Shown here: one piece after another, positions 15,325-28,015 of the stretch
How positions within the stretch are numbered: position 1 is the first letter of the stretch
Layout: every line of letters starts with the position of its first letter
Assembly (NCBI GenBank): GCA_951406725.2
Contig: OX597819.1
Location: forward strand, 52,266,001 to 52,330,000
Direction: 5' to 3'
From: Octopus vulgaris
Taxonomy: Eukaryota
Length of the DNA: 64,000 nucleotides
The notes under the pieces: generated by a model
Seen by the model: only the letters and a program-made list of their open reading frames with translations
The model's database searches: none
What the model was told of the DNA's origin: nothing
Made by a program: the position numbers and the translations under genes

Positions 15325-15601
15325 GCGAAAACAACTATCGTATCCAACGCAGCATGTAGAAATGTTTACCTCTTATACATTTATGTAAATGGCGGGCTTT
15401 TTCGAATTGCATTCCGGTATCAACGTGCTTATTCGGAATGAAAATTCAGAACACATACGCCACAGAAACCGGGAAACCGGGCCCATGAGTCTGGCTAGGC
15501 TTGAAAAGGATGCATGAATAATAAATAAAAATTTAATTGAACTAGACCATCAGTCATACCAATTCTATTACTGTACACAGCAACATTCACAACATTTATG
15601 A

Positions 15602-15763
15602 AGGCAGGAGTGGCTGTGTGGTAAGTAGCTTGCTTACCAGCCACATGGTTCCGGGTTCAGTCCCACTGCGTGGCACCTTGGGCAAGTGTCTTCTACTATA
15701 GCCTCGGGCCGACCAAAGCCTTGTGAGTGGATTTGGTAGACGGAAACTGAAAGAAGCTCGTCG

Positions 15764-15843
<80 letters not shown>

Positions 15844-16052
15844 CGTCCCCCTCAAAATCGCTTGACAACCGATGGTGGTGTGTCTACGTCCCCGTAACTT
15901 AGCGGTTCGGCAAAAAGAGACCGATAGAATAAGTACTAGGCTTACAAAGAATAAGTCCTGGGGGTCGATTTTCTCGACTAAAGGCGGTGCTCCAGCATGG
16001 CCGCGGTCAAATGACTGAAACAAGTAAGAGAGTTAAAGAGAGTAAAAGAGAG
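15602..16052 (+). mobile_element. SINE family B, full length
   Basis: Near-consensus sequence with CpGs intact. Confidence 0.9.
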
Positions 16053-16454
16053 CATATACAAGCATAAATATACACGAACATATATACACGCATAAACATA
16101 AATGTATACTTCCAGGCGTTCATTTAATCGCCTCCTCATACATGCCTACACATGTTCAAGTGTACAAGCGTTTCACATCCATTCAGTTGATGCTCACCCT
16201 TTTGGAAGTAATTATCTATTGTAATATAAGTACGAGTAATTAATTTTTGTGTATATTTATAGATTTCATGAACCAGTGAATAACTTTCCAGCGTTTGTCG
16301 TTGTAAGCATTGTAAGTACTTCGTCTTTAGAAGACAGCATCGTCGTGGTTGTAAAAAGGGGGAATCTGCCGAATGAGCTTTATTGCTACGTTGATATTTC
16401 ATTAGAGACTACTGTAAGGTGAATATAGCATTCTAATTAACATCTGTACGATGT

Positions 16455-16496
16455 TTGATAATGATGATGATGATGACGACGACGGTTATGACGACG

Positions 16497-16581
<85 letters not shown>

Positions 16582-16785
16582 TGATGATGATGATGATGAT
16601 AATGATGATGATGATGATGATGATGATAATGATGATGATGATGATGGTGGTGGTGGTCGTGGTGGTCGTGGTGATGGTGGTCGTGGTGGTCGTGGTGGTC
16701 GTGGTGGTCGTGGTGGTGGTCGTGGTCGTGGTGGTGGTGGTCGTCGTGGTCGTCGTGGTGGTGGTTGTGGTGGTGAAGGTGGTGG

Positions 16786-16822
<37 letters not shown>
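16455..16822. repeat. Compound (AAT)n(GAT)n(GGT/CGT)n trinucleotide tract
   Basis: Direct inspection; similar tracts at 33995-34155 and 38290-38520. Confidence 0.95.
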
Positions 16823-17154
16823 AAATGCCCCGATGCAATACCAAGCAGTGGCTCCCATGGCTTCTGATCTTAACTAATTGGAAGTGTTATCATGTACATT
16901 GTTTTGTCTTGGTATAAAAGATGGGCTACAGCAAATATTCTGCTCAATACCACAGATTTGCTTGTCAGTTGCTTGGCCTTAACCAGTTGAGCATGTCCCT
17001 TAGTGGCTGCCGATATGTGCATCTCTGATCACGAGCAGAAGTAGTGGGGGAGCATCATAGCCATGAGGAGTACCCACATAACTTCTGCCGGGAATAAGAC
17101 CAAACCTGAGTCAAATCAATAATAATAATAATAATAATAATAATAGTAATAATA

Positions 17155-17237
<83 letters not shown>

Positions 17238-17241
<4 letters not shown>

Positions 17242-18037
17242 TCTACTAGAGGCACAAAGCCTGAAATTTTTTGGGACGGGACCAGTCGATTAGATCGAGC
17301 CCAATACGCAACTGGTACTTAATTTATCGACCCTGAAAGGATGAGTGGCAAAGTCGACCTCGGTGGAATTTGAACTGAGAACGTAAAAACTGACGAAATG
17401 CCGCAAAGCGTTTTAATCCGGCGCACTAACGATTCTGCCAGCTCGCCGCCTTAACACCAGCAACAATAATAATAATAATAATCATTTCTGCAAAAGGCAC
17501 AAGGTCTGAAATTTGGCAGGAGGAGACTAGTCGATTAGATCGACCCCAATGTTTCACTGGTGCTCAATTTATCAACCCCGAAAGGAAAGGTCAAGCTCAG
17601 CGGAAGTTGAACTCAGAAATACCTATTTCTTTACTACCCACAAGGGGCTAAACACAGAAAGGACAAACAAGGACAGACAAACGGATTAATTCGATTATAT
17701 CGACCCCAGTGCGTAACTGGCACTTATTTAATCGACCCCGAAAGTATGAAAGGCAAAGTCGACCTCCACGGAATTTGAACTCAGAACGTAAAGACAGACG
17801 AAATACCTATTTCTTTACTCCCCACAAGGGGCTAAACACAGAAAGGACAAACAAGGACAGACAAACGGATCAATTCGATTATATCGACCCCAGTGCGTAA
17901 ATGGTACTTATTTAATCGACCCCGAAAGGATGAAAGGCAAAGTCGACCTCGGTGGAATTTGAACTCAGAACGTAACGGCAGACGAAATACGGCTACGCAA
18001 TTCGCCCGGCGTGCTAACGTTTCTGCCAGCTCGCCTT
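17238..18037 (-). mobile_element. SINE family A cluster, including a multimeric copy (17482-18037)
   Basis: One monomer plus a head followed by tandem ~180-bp units joined at AAATAG|GTATTTC. Confidence 0.85.
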
Positions 18038-18536
18038 AATAATAAACATGATAATTTTAATAATATGTGTAAAATAAATATACGCTCATGTACATGTGTA
18101 CGCACGCACACACACGTATAAGGTGGTGGTGATGATGATGATGATGATGAAGTCATCATGTCTAAAGGATTTTTACAGAATTCAATGGAAAGTCAGAAAA
18201 TATATAATCTATCCCAGAGTTTTGATACAGAAATTACGAAAATATCTTCTGCTGAAATCTATTTAGCTCTATAACACAGTAGGTTGGCTTCCTACACACA
18301 CACATATTTATATATATATATAAGAATTTTTTGCGTAATAAGATAAAAAAAACCAAGGCTGTGTAGATATTAGAGTATTTATAGATAGGTCTTACAGCTG
18401 TTTCTAGGATATTTATTAATTATATCCCTTCCTTGGAGACGGTGTGAGAGGATATATGTGTGTGTGTACGTATACATATATACAGACAGACAGACAGACA
18501 GACAAATAGACACAAAGACAGACAGACAGACACATA

Positions 18537-18892
18537 CCTAGGGCACCTACAATAACAGGAACAGTTCTTTTAAGATGCCACATCTTTTGTATTTCAATTT
18601 CCAGATCCTTATATTTACTTAGTTTATCAGATTCATTTACTGATATATTTTTATCAGTGGGAACACTTACATCTATTAGTCTACAAGTATTTTCTTCCCT
18701 GTCTTTAATAATTATGCCTGGTCGATTAGCCGGGATCGTTCTGTCAGTGTTGACTGGAAAATCCCAGAGGACAGTAACATTTTTACCTTCAACGACCGGC
18801 TCAGGATGATATTCGTACCAGTAAGCAGGAATGCTGATTTTGTAGTGTTTACGTATTTTCCAATGTAAATACTGTCCTACCCTATCGTGGCG
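18537..18892 (-). mobile_element. R4/Dong-type LINE, restriction-like endonuclease fragment
   Basis: Open frame RHDRVGQYLHWKI..WYEYHPEPVVEGKNVTVLWDFPVNTDRTIPANRPGIII..LIDVSVP..KLSKYKDLEIEI..VPVIVGAL. Confidence 0.85.
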
Positions 18893-19135
18893 ATTTCATC
18901 CTTTCGGGGTCGATAAAATAAGTACCAGGTGGACACTGGGGTCGATGTAATCGATTTACACCTTTCCTCGCCCCACCCCGAAATTGTTGGCCCAGTGCCG
19001 AAATTTGAAATCAATATTCTTTTCTACTCTAGGCATAAGGCCCGAAATTTTGGGTGGTCGTGGTGGTGGTCGTGGTCGTGGTGGTGGTGGTCGTCGTGGT
19101 CGTCGTGGTGGTGGTTGTGGTGGTGAAGGTGGTGG

Positions 19136-19178
<43 letters not shown>

Positions 19179-19510
19179 AAATGCCCCGATGCAATACCAA
19201 GCAGTGGCTCCCATGGCTTCTGATCTTAACTAATTGGAAGTGTTATCATGTACATTGTTTTGTCTTGGTATAAAAGATGGGCTACAGCAAATATTCTGCT
19301 CAATACCACAGATTTGCTTGTCAGTTGCTTGGCCTTAACCAGTTGAGCATGTCCCTTAGTGGCTGCCGATATGTGCATCTCTGATCACGAGCAGAAGTAG
19401 TGGGGGAGCATCATAGCCATGAGGAGTACCCACATAACTTCTGCCGGGAATAAGACCAAACCTGAGTCAAATCAATAATAATAATAATAATAATAATAAT
19501 AGTAATAATA

Positions 19511-19584
<74 letters not shown>

Positions 19585-19588
<4 letters not shown>

Positions 19589-20370
19589 TCTACTAGAGGC
19601 ACAAAGCCTGAAATTTTTTGGGACGGGACCAGTCGATTAGATCGAGCCCAATACGCAACTGGTACTTAATTTATCGACCCTGAAAGGATGAGTGGCAAAG
19701 TCGACCTCGGTGGAATTTGAACTGAGAACGTAAAAACTGACGAAATGCCGCAAAGCGTTTTAATCCGGCGCACTAACGATTCTGCCAGCTCGCCGCCTTA
19801 ACACCAGCAACAATAATAATAATAATAATCATTTCTGCAAAAGGCACAAGGTCTGAAATTTGGCAGGAGGAGACTAGTCGATTAGATCGACCCCAATGTT
19901 TCACTGGTGCTCAATTTATCAACCCCGAAAGGAAAGGTCAAGCTCAGCGGAAGTTGAACTCAGAAATACCTATTTCTTTACTACCCACAAGGGGCTAAAC
20001 ACAGAAAGGACAAACAAGGACAGACAAACGGATTAATTCGATTATATCGACCCCAGTATGCAACTGGTACTTAATTTATCGACTCCGAAAGGATGAAAGG
20101 CAAAGTCGACCTCGGCGGAATTTGAACTCAGAACGTAAAGACAGACGAGATACCTATTTTCGATTTCTTTACTGCCTACAAGGGGACAAACACAGAGGGA
20201 CAAACAAGGACAGACAAACGGATTAAGTCGATTACATCGACCCCAGTGCGTAACTGGTACTTAATTTATCGACCCCGAAAGGGCGAAAGGCGGAATTTGA
20301 ACTCAGATCGTAACGGCAGACGAAATACGGCTACGTATTTCGCCCGGCGTGCTAACGTTTCTGCCAGCTC
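19585..20370 (-). mobile_element. SINE family A cluster, including a multimeric copy
   Basis: Same layout as 17238-18037; partly inside the 1-kb duplication. Confidence 0.85.
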
Positions 20371-20918
20371 CTTAATTATCCTTAATTTGGAATCAATATT
20401 AAATTATAAAAATACAGTTTTATACACAGTGACTATCTATGGGGGTCCAGTTGAGTAAAGAAAAGGAATTAAAGAGTTCCATCGATAAAAAAATACTTGA
20501 GAACCACTGCAACAAACAAAATCTAAAGAAATAAAATACGGAAAGGAGAGTCACATTGAATCCTTTGGTTCCAGTGGAAATATATCTGAATGAAAAACAG
20601 ACGAGATGGTCACAACTGGAATGCCTTTGATCATAACAAGTTCTTGTGTTAAACAACAACAGCAACAGCATCAACAGCAACAACACTAGAAGCAGCAAAC
20701 AAGATCTTTTATCTTTTATCTTTTATCTTTTATTTACTTCAATCATTTGACTACGGCCATACTGGGGCTCCACAGTATTTATTCCATCAGTCACTTTTGC
20801 CGAACTGCTCAGTTACGGGGACGTTAACACGCCAACACCGATTGTCAAGCGATGAAGAGGACACAGACAGAAAGACACACACATAGATATATGCATAAAT
20901 ATATATATGCATCCAAGA

Positions 20919-21148
20919 AGGCGGCGAGCTGGCAGAAACGTTAGCACGCCGGGCGAAGTGCTTCGCGGTATTTCGCCCGTCGCTACGTTCTGAGTTCAAA
21001 TTCCGCCGAGGTCGACTTTGCCTTTCATCCTTTCGGGGTCGATAAATTAAGTACCAGTTACGTACTGGGGCCGATGTAATCGACTTAATCCGTTTGTCTG
21101 TCCTTGTTTGTCCCCTCTATGTTTAGCCCCTTGTGGGTAGTAAAGAAA
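20919..21148 (+). mobile_element. SINE family A, young full-length copy
   Basis: Near-consensus sequence with CpGs intact. Confidence 0.9.
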
Positions 21149-21184
21149 CATATATATGCATCCATATATGTATGTATATGTATG

Positions 21185-22282
21185 TGAAATCTAAATCATC
21201 TACATGCTCGAATCAAGTGGTCCTGGTTCATTTTGGACATTACTCTGACTATGGGAGCTTCCAAAGAATCTTTGGTGTTATGGGCGTGTTCATTGACCAC
21301 TCTCTCAGGAACGCTTCACATGTAATAGTCCAATGGATTGAGATTTGAGAAATTAGGAGGCCAAATGTTAGGGGTTATGTGATCCTGAAATTTTCAGTCA
21401 TCCATTCCTGTGTTACTAGAGACATATGTGATAGTGCAGAGTCTTACTGAAACACATGTGGACTTCCATTGCATACACTGTCTATCCAGGTCTTAAGAAT
21501 TATTTCTAAGACATCAATGTAGGCGGAAGAGTTAACTCTAAGGCCTTGTGGAAAGAAGTAAGGAGGCATCATATGCCCTCCATTGCTGACAACCCCTAAA
21601 ACCATGACAGTTGCAGGAAATTTCGTATGCATAACACTTGGAACTTCAGAAGGGTCTGCACATAACCATCTTTCATTTCTTCTGTTAACTTTTTTGATCT
21701 TGGTCGAAGTTTATCTCGTTTCAGAAAAACCAAATCAAATCTTCTTCTGCTGGATTTTTTTCAGTTTGTTTAAGAGCCTTTTAGATCTAATGTAGTGAAT
21801 TTCTTTTGCTTTTTCTGACAAACTGACCTTTCCTCCTCATATAAGACTCATATCTGATGTCTTCGTGGACAACATTTCTGACTGTTCCTTCTGACACATG
21901 CAGATCTTTTGCAATTGACGTGATGGACTTTCTGGGATTGTAATAAATGATCCGTTGAACTTGTAGGATACATTCAGGTGTTCTGATGATTTCAAAGCGT
22001 TTAGAATGCTTTTTTATGCTTTGATACTGGTGACAGGTTTCCATCTTCAATCTCTAGCTCCTTACAAACTTTGTTGACGAAAGATCTGGAAACTTTTAAA
22101 AATCGAGATATTTCTAAATCGCTATGCTCAACCTTTATAACCACAATAACAGCATGTCTCTTCATTTCTTGAGTAAGCTGAGGGTCTGACGTTATTATTT
22201 TCTGAAACAAAGATTATACTGTTAGCAAAAAAATGCAGCAATGACTAAAAGAGGTATGCTTTCAAATACCTTACGCACCTTG
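21185..22282 (-). mobile_element. Tc1/mariner transposase pseudogene (maT/DD37D-like)
   Basis: HTH-like N-terminus, TKFPATVMVLGVVS, FQ*DSA, WPPNFSNLNPLDYY; multiple stops and frameshifts; one terminus (CAAGGTGCG) at 22282. Confidence 0.85.
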
Positions 22283-22302
22283 TGTCTATCTATCTATCTA
22301 TC

Positions 22303-22338
<36 letters not shown>

Positions 22339-22367
22339 TAAATAGATATATCGTGTATATATATATA

Positions 22368-22530
22368 CGACGGGCGTCGTTCAGTTTCCGTCTGCCAAAT
22401 CCACTCACAAGGCTTTGGTCAGCGCATGGCTATAATAGAAGACACTTGCTCAAGGTGTCACACGGTGGGACTGAACCTGGAACCATTTGGTTGGGAAGCA
22501 AGCTTCTTACCACACAGCCACGCTTGCGCA
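22368..22530 (-). mobile_element. SINE family B, 5' half
   Basis: Reverse-complement head and CORE-like block. Confidence 0.8.
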
Positions 22531-22953
22531 TTGTTGATTTTGTAACATCATTTCATGTACGTTCACAACTTGTTCATTCAAACAAATACTACAAAATCAA
22601 CTAGGCGTATGTGTGTGTGTGTGTGTTTGTGTGTGTGTGTATGTGTGTATATGACTGTGTGCATGTGTCTTTCAATATATATGTGTAGTAACATGTCTGT
22701 ATGTGTGGATGTTCATGTACTCGTGTGGGTAGGTGGTAGGGGTTACTAATAATATTTTTTTTCTATTTTACATTTTGGCCTTTCTTTGTCACAGTTGACG
22801 TCATAATCTCTTTAATTCCAAACTTTAATAATCCCTGCCTGTCCAGACACCGGCTTATATATTATTCAACAGAAGAGCTTTATGATATTTTAATCTAAAA
22901 ACGATCACTTTGCTTCAATATACTTAGTTCGATTTTTTTAATATTGATGATGG

Positions 22954-23040
<87 letters not shown>

Positions 23041-23258
23041 CGTCGATGATGACGGCGTCGATGACGACGATGACGGTTGTGGGGGTAGGGTGGGGATGGG
23101 CATGGGAGCGGTGGGGGTGGAATTTATACAAAAATCAAATGCGATCAAAAGTATTACAAATACGTGATGAACACGATGATGATATGATCCTTTTGATTGA
23201 TACCGGATGGCCTCGTAATGGGACCATTCAAGGACCCCCCACAGAACCAGGATCAGTC

Positions 23259-23308
23259 TTAACACCAAGAGCAAGTGCCCTCTCTAGGCTGTCGCTCTTT
23301 GATGCATT
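23259..23308 (-). CDS. Candidate micropeptide terminal coding exon ((E)CIKERQPREGTCSWC*)
   Basis: Strong acceptor ttgttttgttcag|AA TGC ATC AAA GAG CGA CAG CCT AGA GAG GGC ACT TGC TCT TGG TGT TAA; phase matches the 26949 donor; followed by unique UTR-like sequence. Confidence 0.55.
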
Positions 23309-23449
23309 CTGAACAAAACAAAAAAGAATGATAATCCTTTCAACTGTAGACACAATGCCTGAAATCTTAGAGAAAAGAGGTCAGTCGATTACACCAATCC
23401 CAGGGCTCAATTTTATCGACCTCAAATTATTATTATTATTATTAATAAA

Positions 23450-23493
<44 letters not shown>

Positions 23494-23561
23494 TGATGAT
23501 GATAATGATGATGATTATGATGATGATAACAACAACAACAACAACAACAATAATAATAATA

Positions 23562-23818
23562 TGGTTAAGCAGTTGTGGTCGATGAAAAAGATGGTAGTAG
23601 TGCCAATAATTGGGAACAGTGAGTGAAAATCTTGAGAAGTACGTGGAAGAAATAGGGGCTGCAATAAGGGTGAAGCACTTGCAGAAAACAGCACTGCTTG
23701 GAACCGCTCGAATACTCCGGAAAGTGCTCGAAAAATAAGAGGTGTTACCCTAGTTCACTGGCAGTGAACAGCTAACATAGTACTACATCTCCAGCGTTAG
23801 AAGCTGTGCAAAGAAAAT
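23562..23818 (+). mobile_element. R4/Dong-type LINE 3' end with 3' UTR
   Basis: VKQLWSMKKMVVVPII..LQKTALLGTARILRKVLEK*; short UTR; flanked by (AAT)n and (TAA/TGA)n. Confidence 0.8.
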
Positions 23819-23869
23819 AATGATGATGATGATGATGAAGATGATGATAGTGGCGGTGGTGGTTTTTAA

Positions 23870-24053
23870 TTTTGACGCAACCCCACAATTTCGGAGAAGG
23901 GTCTAAGCCAATTAAATCGCCCCCAATGGCACTTATTTTTATCGAACCCGAAATAATGACAGGCAAAGTCGGCCCCGGCGTAATTTGAACCCAGAACCTA
24001 AAGACGGACGAAATGCCGCTAAGCATTCTGCCCGGCGTGTTAACGATTCTGCC
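23870..24053 (-). mobile_element. SINE family A
   Basis: Reverse-complement match to family A. Confidence 0.75.
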
Positions 24054-24596
24054 GGTAGTGGCTCTCATTGCTTCTGATCTTAACTGGTTGAAAGTGTTAT
24101 ACTGTATATGCTTGTTTTGTTTTGGTATAAAAGATGGGCTACAACAAATATTCTGCTCAATACCACAGACTTGCTTGTCCTTTGGATGACCTTAACCAGT
24201 TGAGCATGTCCTTTAGTGACTGATAATATGAGCACCTCTGATCACAAATAGAAGTAGTGAGGGAACATCATAGCCATGTGTTGAGAGGGATTTGGGAGGT
24301 GGTTTCAATAATTCACCTCTGGAAACAATGGTGTTTCGCTCAACAACCTTAAAAACCCTTTACTCAGGCACTTTTTGAGCGGGATGAACTACTCGACCTG
24401 AAGGGAATTCTAACTGGACCCCACATGCAAGGTCACCCGCTGCTTATCTAAATATGAGATCACCATGTTGCGCACATATGGTTGTGATGCATGTGCCTGG
24501 TGCACCCTTATCAGCCGGGTAGTCATGATGGGTACATTAGGCTTCATATACTTGCATTCCAGCGTCACTTTGATGGCGTGTGTTGCTTCCTCACTC

Positions 24597-24664
<68 letters not shown>

Positions 24665-24703
24665 AATTCTATATTTAAGAGATGAGGAATTATGTACATT
24701 ATC

Positions 24704-24880
24704 TACATTATTTACATTTGACGGATATTTGTCGTCATCTTGTTTGTTGTTAACACATTTCGGCTGATAAACCCTCCAGCCTTCATCGCCTGATGAAGGC
24801 TGGCGGGTATTTCAGCCGAAATGTTGTGTTAACAACAAACAAGATGAGGACAAATATCTGTCAAATGTAAATAATGTACA
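24704..24880. repeat. ~180-bp palindrome containing a hammerhead-ribozyme-like core (Penelope-like)
   Basis: Arms are reverse complements; + strand CTGATGA-AGGCTG..CAGCC-GAAA at 24790-24821. Confidence 0.75.
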
Positions 24881-24918
24881 TAATAATAATAATCATAATA
24901 ATAATAATAATAAATAAC

Positions 24919-25448
24919 GGCTCTCATGGCTTCTGATCTTAACTGATTGGAAGTGTTATCATGTACATTGTTTTGTCTTTGTATAAAAGATGGGCTACAG
25001 CAAATATTCTGCTCAATACCACAGATTTGCTTGTCAGTTGTTTGACTTTAACCAGTTGAGCATGTCCCTTAGTGGCTGCCGATATGTGCATCTCTGATCA
25101 CGAGCAGAAGTAGTGGGGAGCATCATAGCCATGTGTTGAGAGGGATTCTTTGGGGTTTGAATAATTCACCTCTGGAAACATGGGTGTTTCGTTCAACATC
25201 CTTAAACAACCCTTATTCAGGGACCTTTCGAGTGGGATGGGTTACTCGACCTGAAGAAAATTTTAACTGGGCCCCACCTGCAAGGTCATGTGCTGTTTAT
25301 TTTGATATGAGATCACCATGTCGCGCACATATGGTTGTGATGCATGTGCCTAGTGTACCCTTATCAGACGGGTAGTCATGATGGGTATACTGGGCTTCGT
25401 ATATTTTACCCCAGTGTGACTTTGATGGCATGCACTGCACTCTCACTC
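24919..25448 (+). mobile_element. Non-coding ~560-bp retroposon with (AAT)n tail (family E)
   Basis: Five copies: 16823-17065, 19179-19421, 24054-24596, 24919-25448, 52553-52890. Three share the 3' end CTCACTC-(AAT)n and have variable 5' ends. Confidence 0.75.
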
Positions 25449-25525
<77 letters not shown>

Positions 25526-26055
25526 TGATGATGATGATGATGATATTTTCTACTGTAGGCACAAGGCCTGAAATTTGGGGGAAAGGATTAAATCGATTAC
25601 ATCGAACCCCAGCGCGTAACTGTTACTTTTTTAATCGACCCCGAAAGAATGAAAGCCATTGCTCTACCCCTAAAGGGAGGGATTTCTTTCTTACTTTTTT
25701 TTTTGCTTTATTTTCTTTATTAAAGATTTGACACAACAGAGCATACACCCACATAATGCTTCTTTAAATTAACTACGCTTTTGGGACAGGTACAAAAGTT
25801 TAAAACCGTGTTAATTTCTATTTGAACATGGCATTCGTCTTCTCACCTTTTCAATCTCACCCCTTTATGAGAAACACTGTTTCTTTTTTAAAGGCTTTCT
25901 CAGAATGTAGTGGGATGAAAGCACAGTTGATGAGGTCTTCTATTAAACTGGAAGCCTTGTTTGAATGCTTGCTCCATTTGGAAGGAAGAATGGTAAAGTC
26001 CATTCCATGCCAGACTTGAACGTAATGTATACCAAGGTATACACCGAGTTGTAAT

Positions 26056-26090
<35 letters not shown>

Positions 26091-26191
26091 TGTTGTTGTT
26101 GCTGTTGTTGTTGTTGTTGTGTATATTGTATAAAGATCATCCCAATATTTTCCCCTACAACTTCAAACACATCCATACACTTCTCACTCCT

Positions 26192-26228
<37 letters not shown>

Positions 26229-26500
26229 CTTTCTAACTTTATCTCTTTGTCACTCTCTCTCTCTCTCTCTTCTACTCTCTCCACTCCTCCCTTTCTCCAC
26301 ATTCATTTCTCCTCTCTTTATCTCTCTTCCTCTTTCCCCGTCTGTTTTTCTTTCTCTTCACTCTCTCTTTCTCGCTCTTTCGCTCACTTCTCACTTTCTC
26401 TCTCTGTCTTTCTCTGTCCCTGTTTTCTTTGTATTCTCAACTATGTTCTCTCTCTGTGTTCTCGGGTTTCTCTCTCTCTCTCCCTCTCTATTCTCTCTTT

Positions 26501-26540
<40 letters not shown>

Positions 26541-26712
26541 TCTATCTCTCCTTAACTTTCACTCTCACTCTCTCCCTTCCTCTCTCTCAGCCCTTCTCTT
26601 TCTCTCTTTCAGCTCTTCTTTCTCTCTCTTTCTCTCTGATTCACTCTCTCCCACTGTCTCACCCTATCTCTGTCTCCCTACTTGTCCCTCTTCTCTCTCT
26701 CTCTCTCTCTCA

Positions 26713-26764
<52 letters not shown>

Positions 26765-26948
26765 CTCTCCGTCTCTCTGACTCTTTCTCTCCCTCCTCTC
26801 TCTCCCTCCCTCTTGCTCACGCTCTTCGCCAACCTATCTCTCCTTCTCATCCTCCAAGAATTAAACTTTCCAGCGATATTTTTCTATTCAGCTTTGACAT
26901 CTTTGGTGGTTAGATGTCAAAAATGTAAAGGCAAACAGTATTTATTAC

Positions 26949-26964
26949 CGACGCAACTTGCCAT
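26949..26964 (-). CDS. Candidate micropeptide coding exon 1 (MASCV + phase-1 G)
   Basis: Minus strand GAT-ATG-GCA-AGT-TGC-GTC-G|gtaata; purine at -3 and G at +4; upstream acceptors tcgtctgtttttacag (exon start 26983) and cttttcatgtttag (exon start 27026); sits in a unique-sequence island. Confidence 0.5.
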
Positions 26965-27516
26965 ATCATAATTCCTACTGTGGCTGTAAAAACAGACGAA
27001 TATTTTGGTTGCCACACTGAAGTTCTCTAAACATGAAAAGACGTTGTTGTGAAACCAGTGGTGGGTAATAATGCAACGGAGTTGTCAAATTTCCATTGAA
27101 GATGTTTTAATGTAGCAAAATCACATAAAAAAAGGACACATACTCTCTCTCTCTCACACACACACACATACGCGTATGCATGCATAAGCACACATGTATA
27201 CGTACACACAATCACATGTGTATGTGCATGTGTGTGAGTGTGTGTGTGCGCGCGCGCATATATACATAGGTACATAGAAACGTACACAAGACACATATAT
27301 GTATATATACATATGCATGTATGTATGTACATATATATATATGTGTGTGCATGTATGTATACATTCACACATATATACATATAAGTATACATATATATGC
27401 GTATGCGCGTTTAAATATATATATATATATATATACTATATACTATATACTATATAGATGTAATTATATATACATATTGATATATGCGCATAGACATACA
27501 TACATACATACATGCA

Positions 27517-27552
<36 letters not shown>

Positions 27553-27920
27553 TATATATAAATTTATGTTTATGTAATTTATATGGTATATCTATGTATG
27601 TATATATATATCCATATATATATATATACAACCACACATATAGACAAATATATGCATGATAAATCATACATACACACACACACACATATATCCTTGTGTG
27701 GGGTGGGGATGAATTTCACTTATGAAACGATTTTCAAGTGGTATAGCGCCTACTTTATTATGTAAATATATATATAATGCCAGTCAGTGTCTATCTATAG
27801 ACAACAAGATCTATATACCCATATGTAAAAAGCAGCGAAGAGACATTTCTCAACAAACATGCGTGTACGTCTCCATATGTATACGTGTGAGAGATAACTT
27901 GTTTGTTTTTGTTTTCTTAT

Positions 27921-28015
<95 letters not shown>

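Larger units (their letters stand above)
16704..20057 (+). repeat. ~1-kb near-identical direct duplication (16704-17710 and 19054-20057)
   Basis: Identical junctions and private variants; visible differences are in microsatellite length. Confidence 0.9.

Noticed and set aside
15596-16023. Recurrent ORFs such as RRASFSFRLPNPLTRLWSARGY and DGLLSVSVYQIHSQGFGRPEA
   Set aside because: Antisense translations of SINE family B, recurring at each copy; not genes.
17616-18037. Regularly spaced ~180-bp repeats as a CRISPR-like array
   Set aside because: Units are whole SINE bodies with no unique spacers; eukaryotic context and no cas genes.
25861-26014. Possible internal minus-strand exon (VWHGMDFTILPSKW...FLIKG) or plus-strand exon (CSGMKAQLMRSSIKLEALFECLL)
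   Set aside because: The minus-strand acceptor is a weak AAG without a pyrimidine tract, inclusion would destroy the CxxC pairing, and neither reading resembles a known protein. Kept only as a possible alternative exon.
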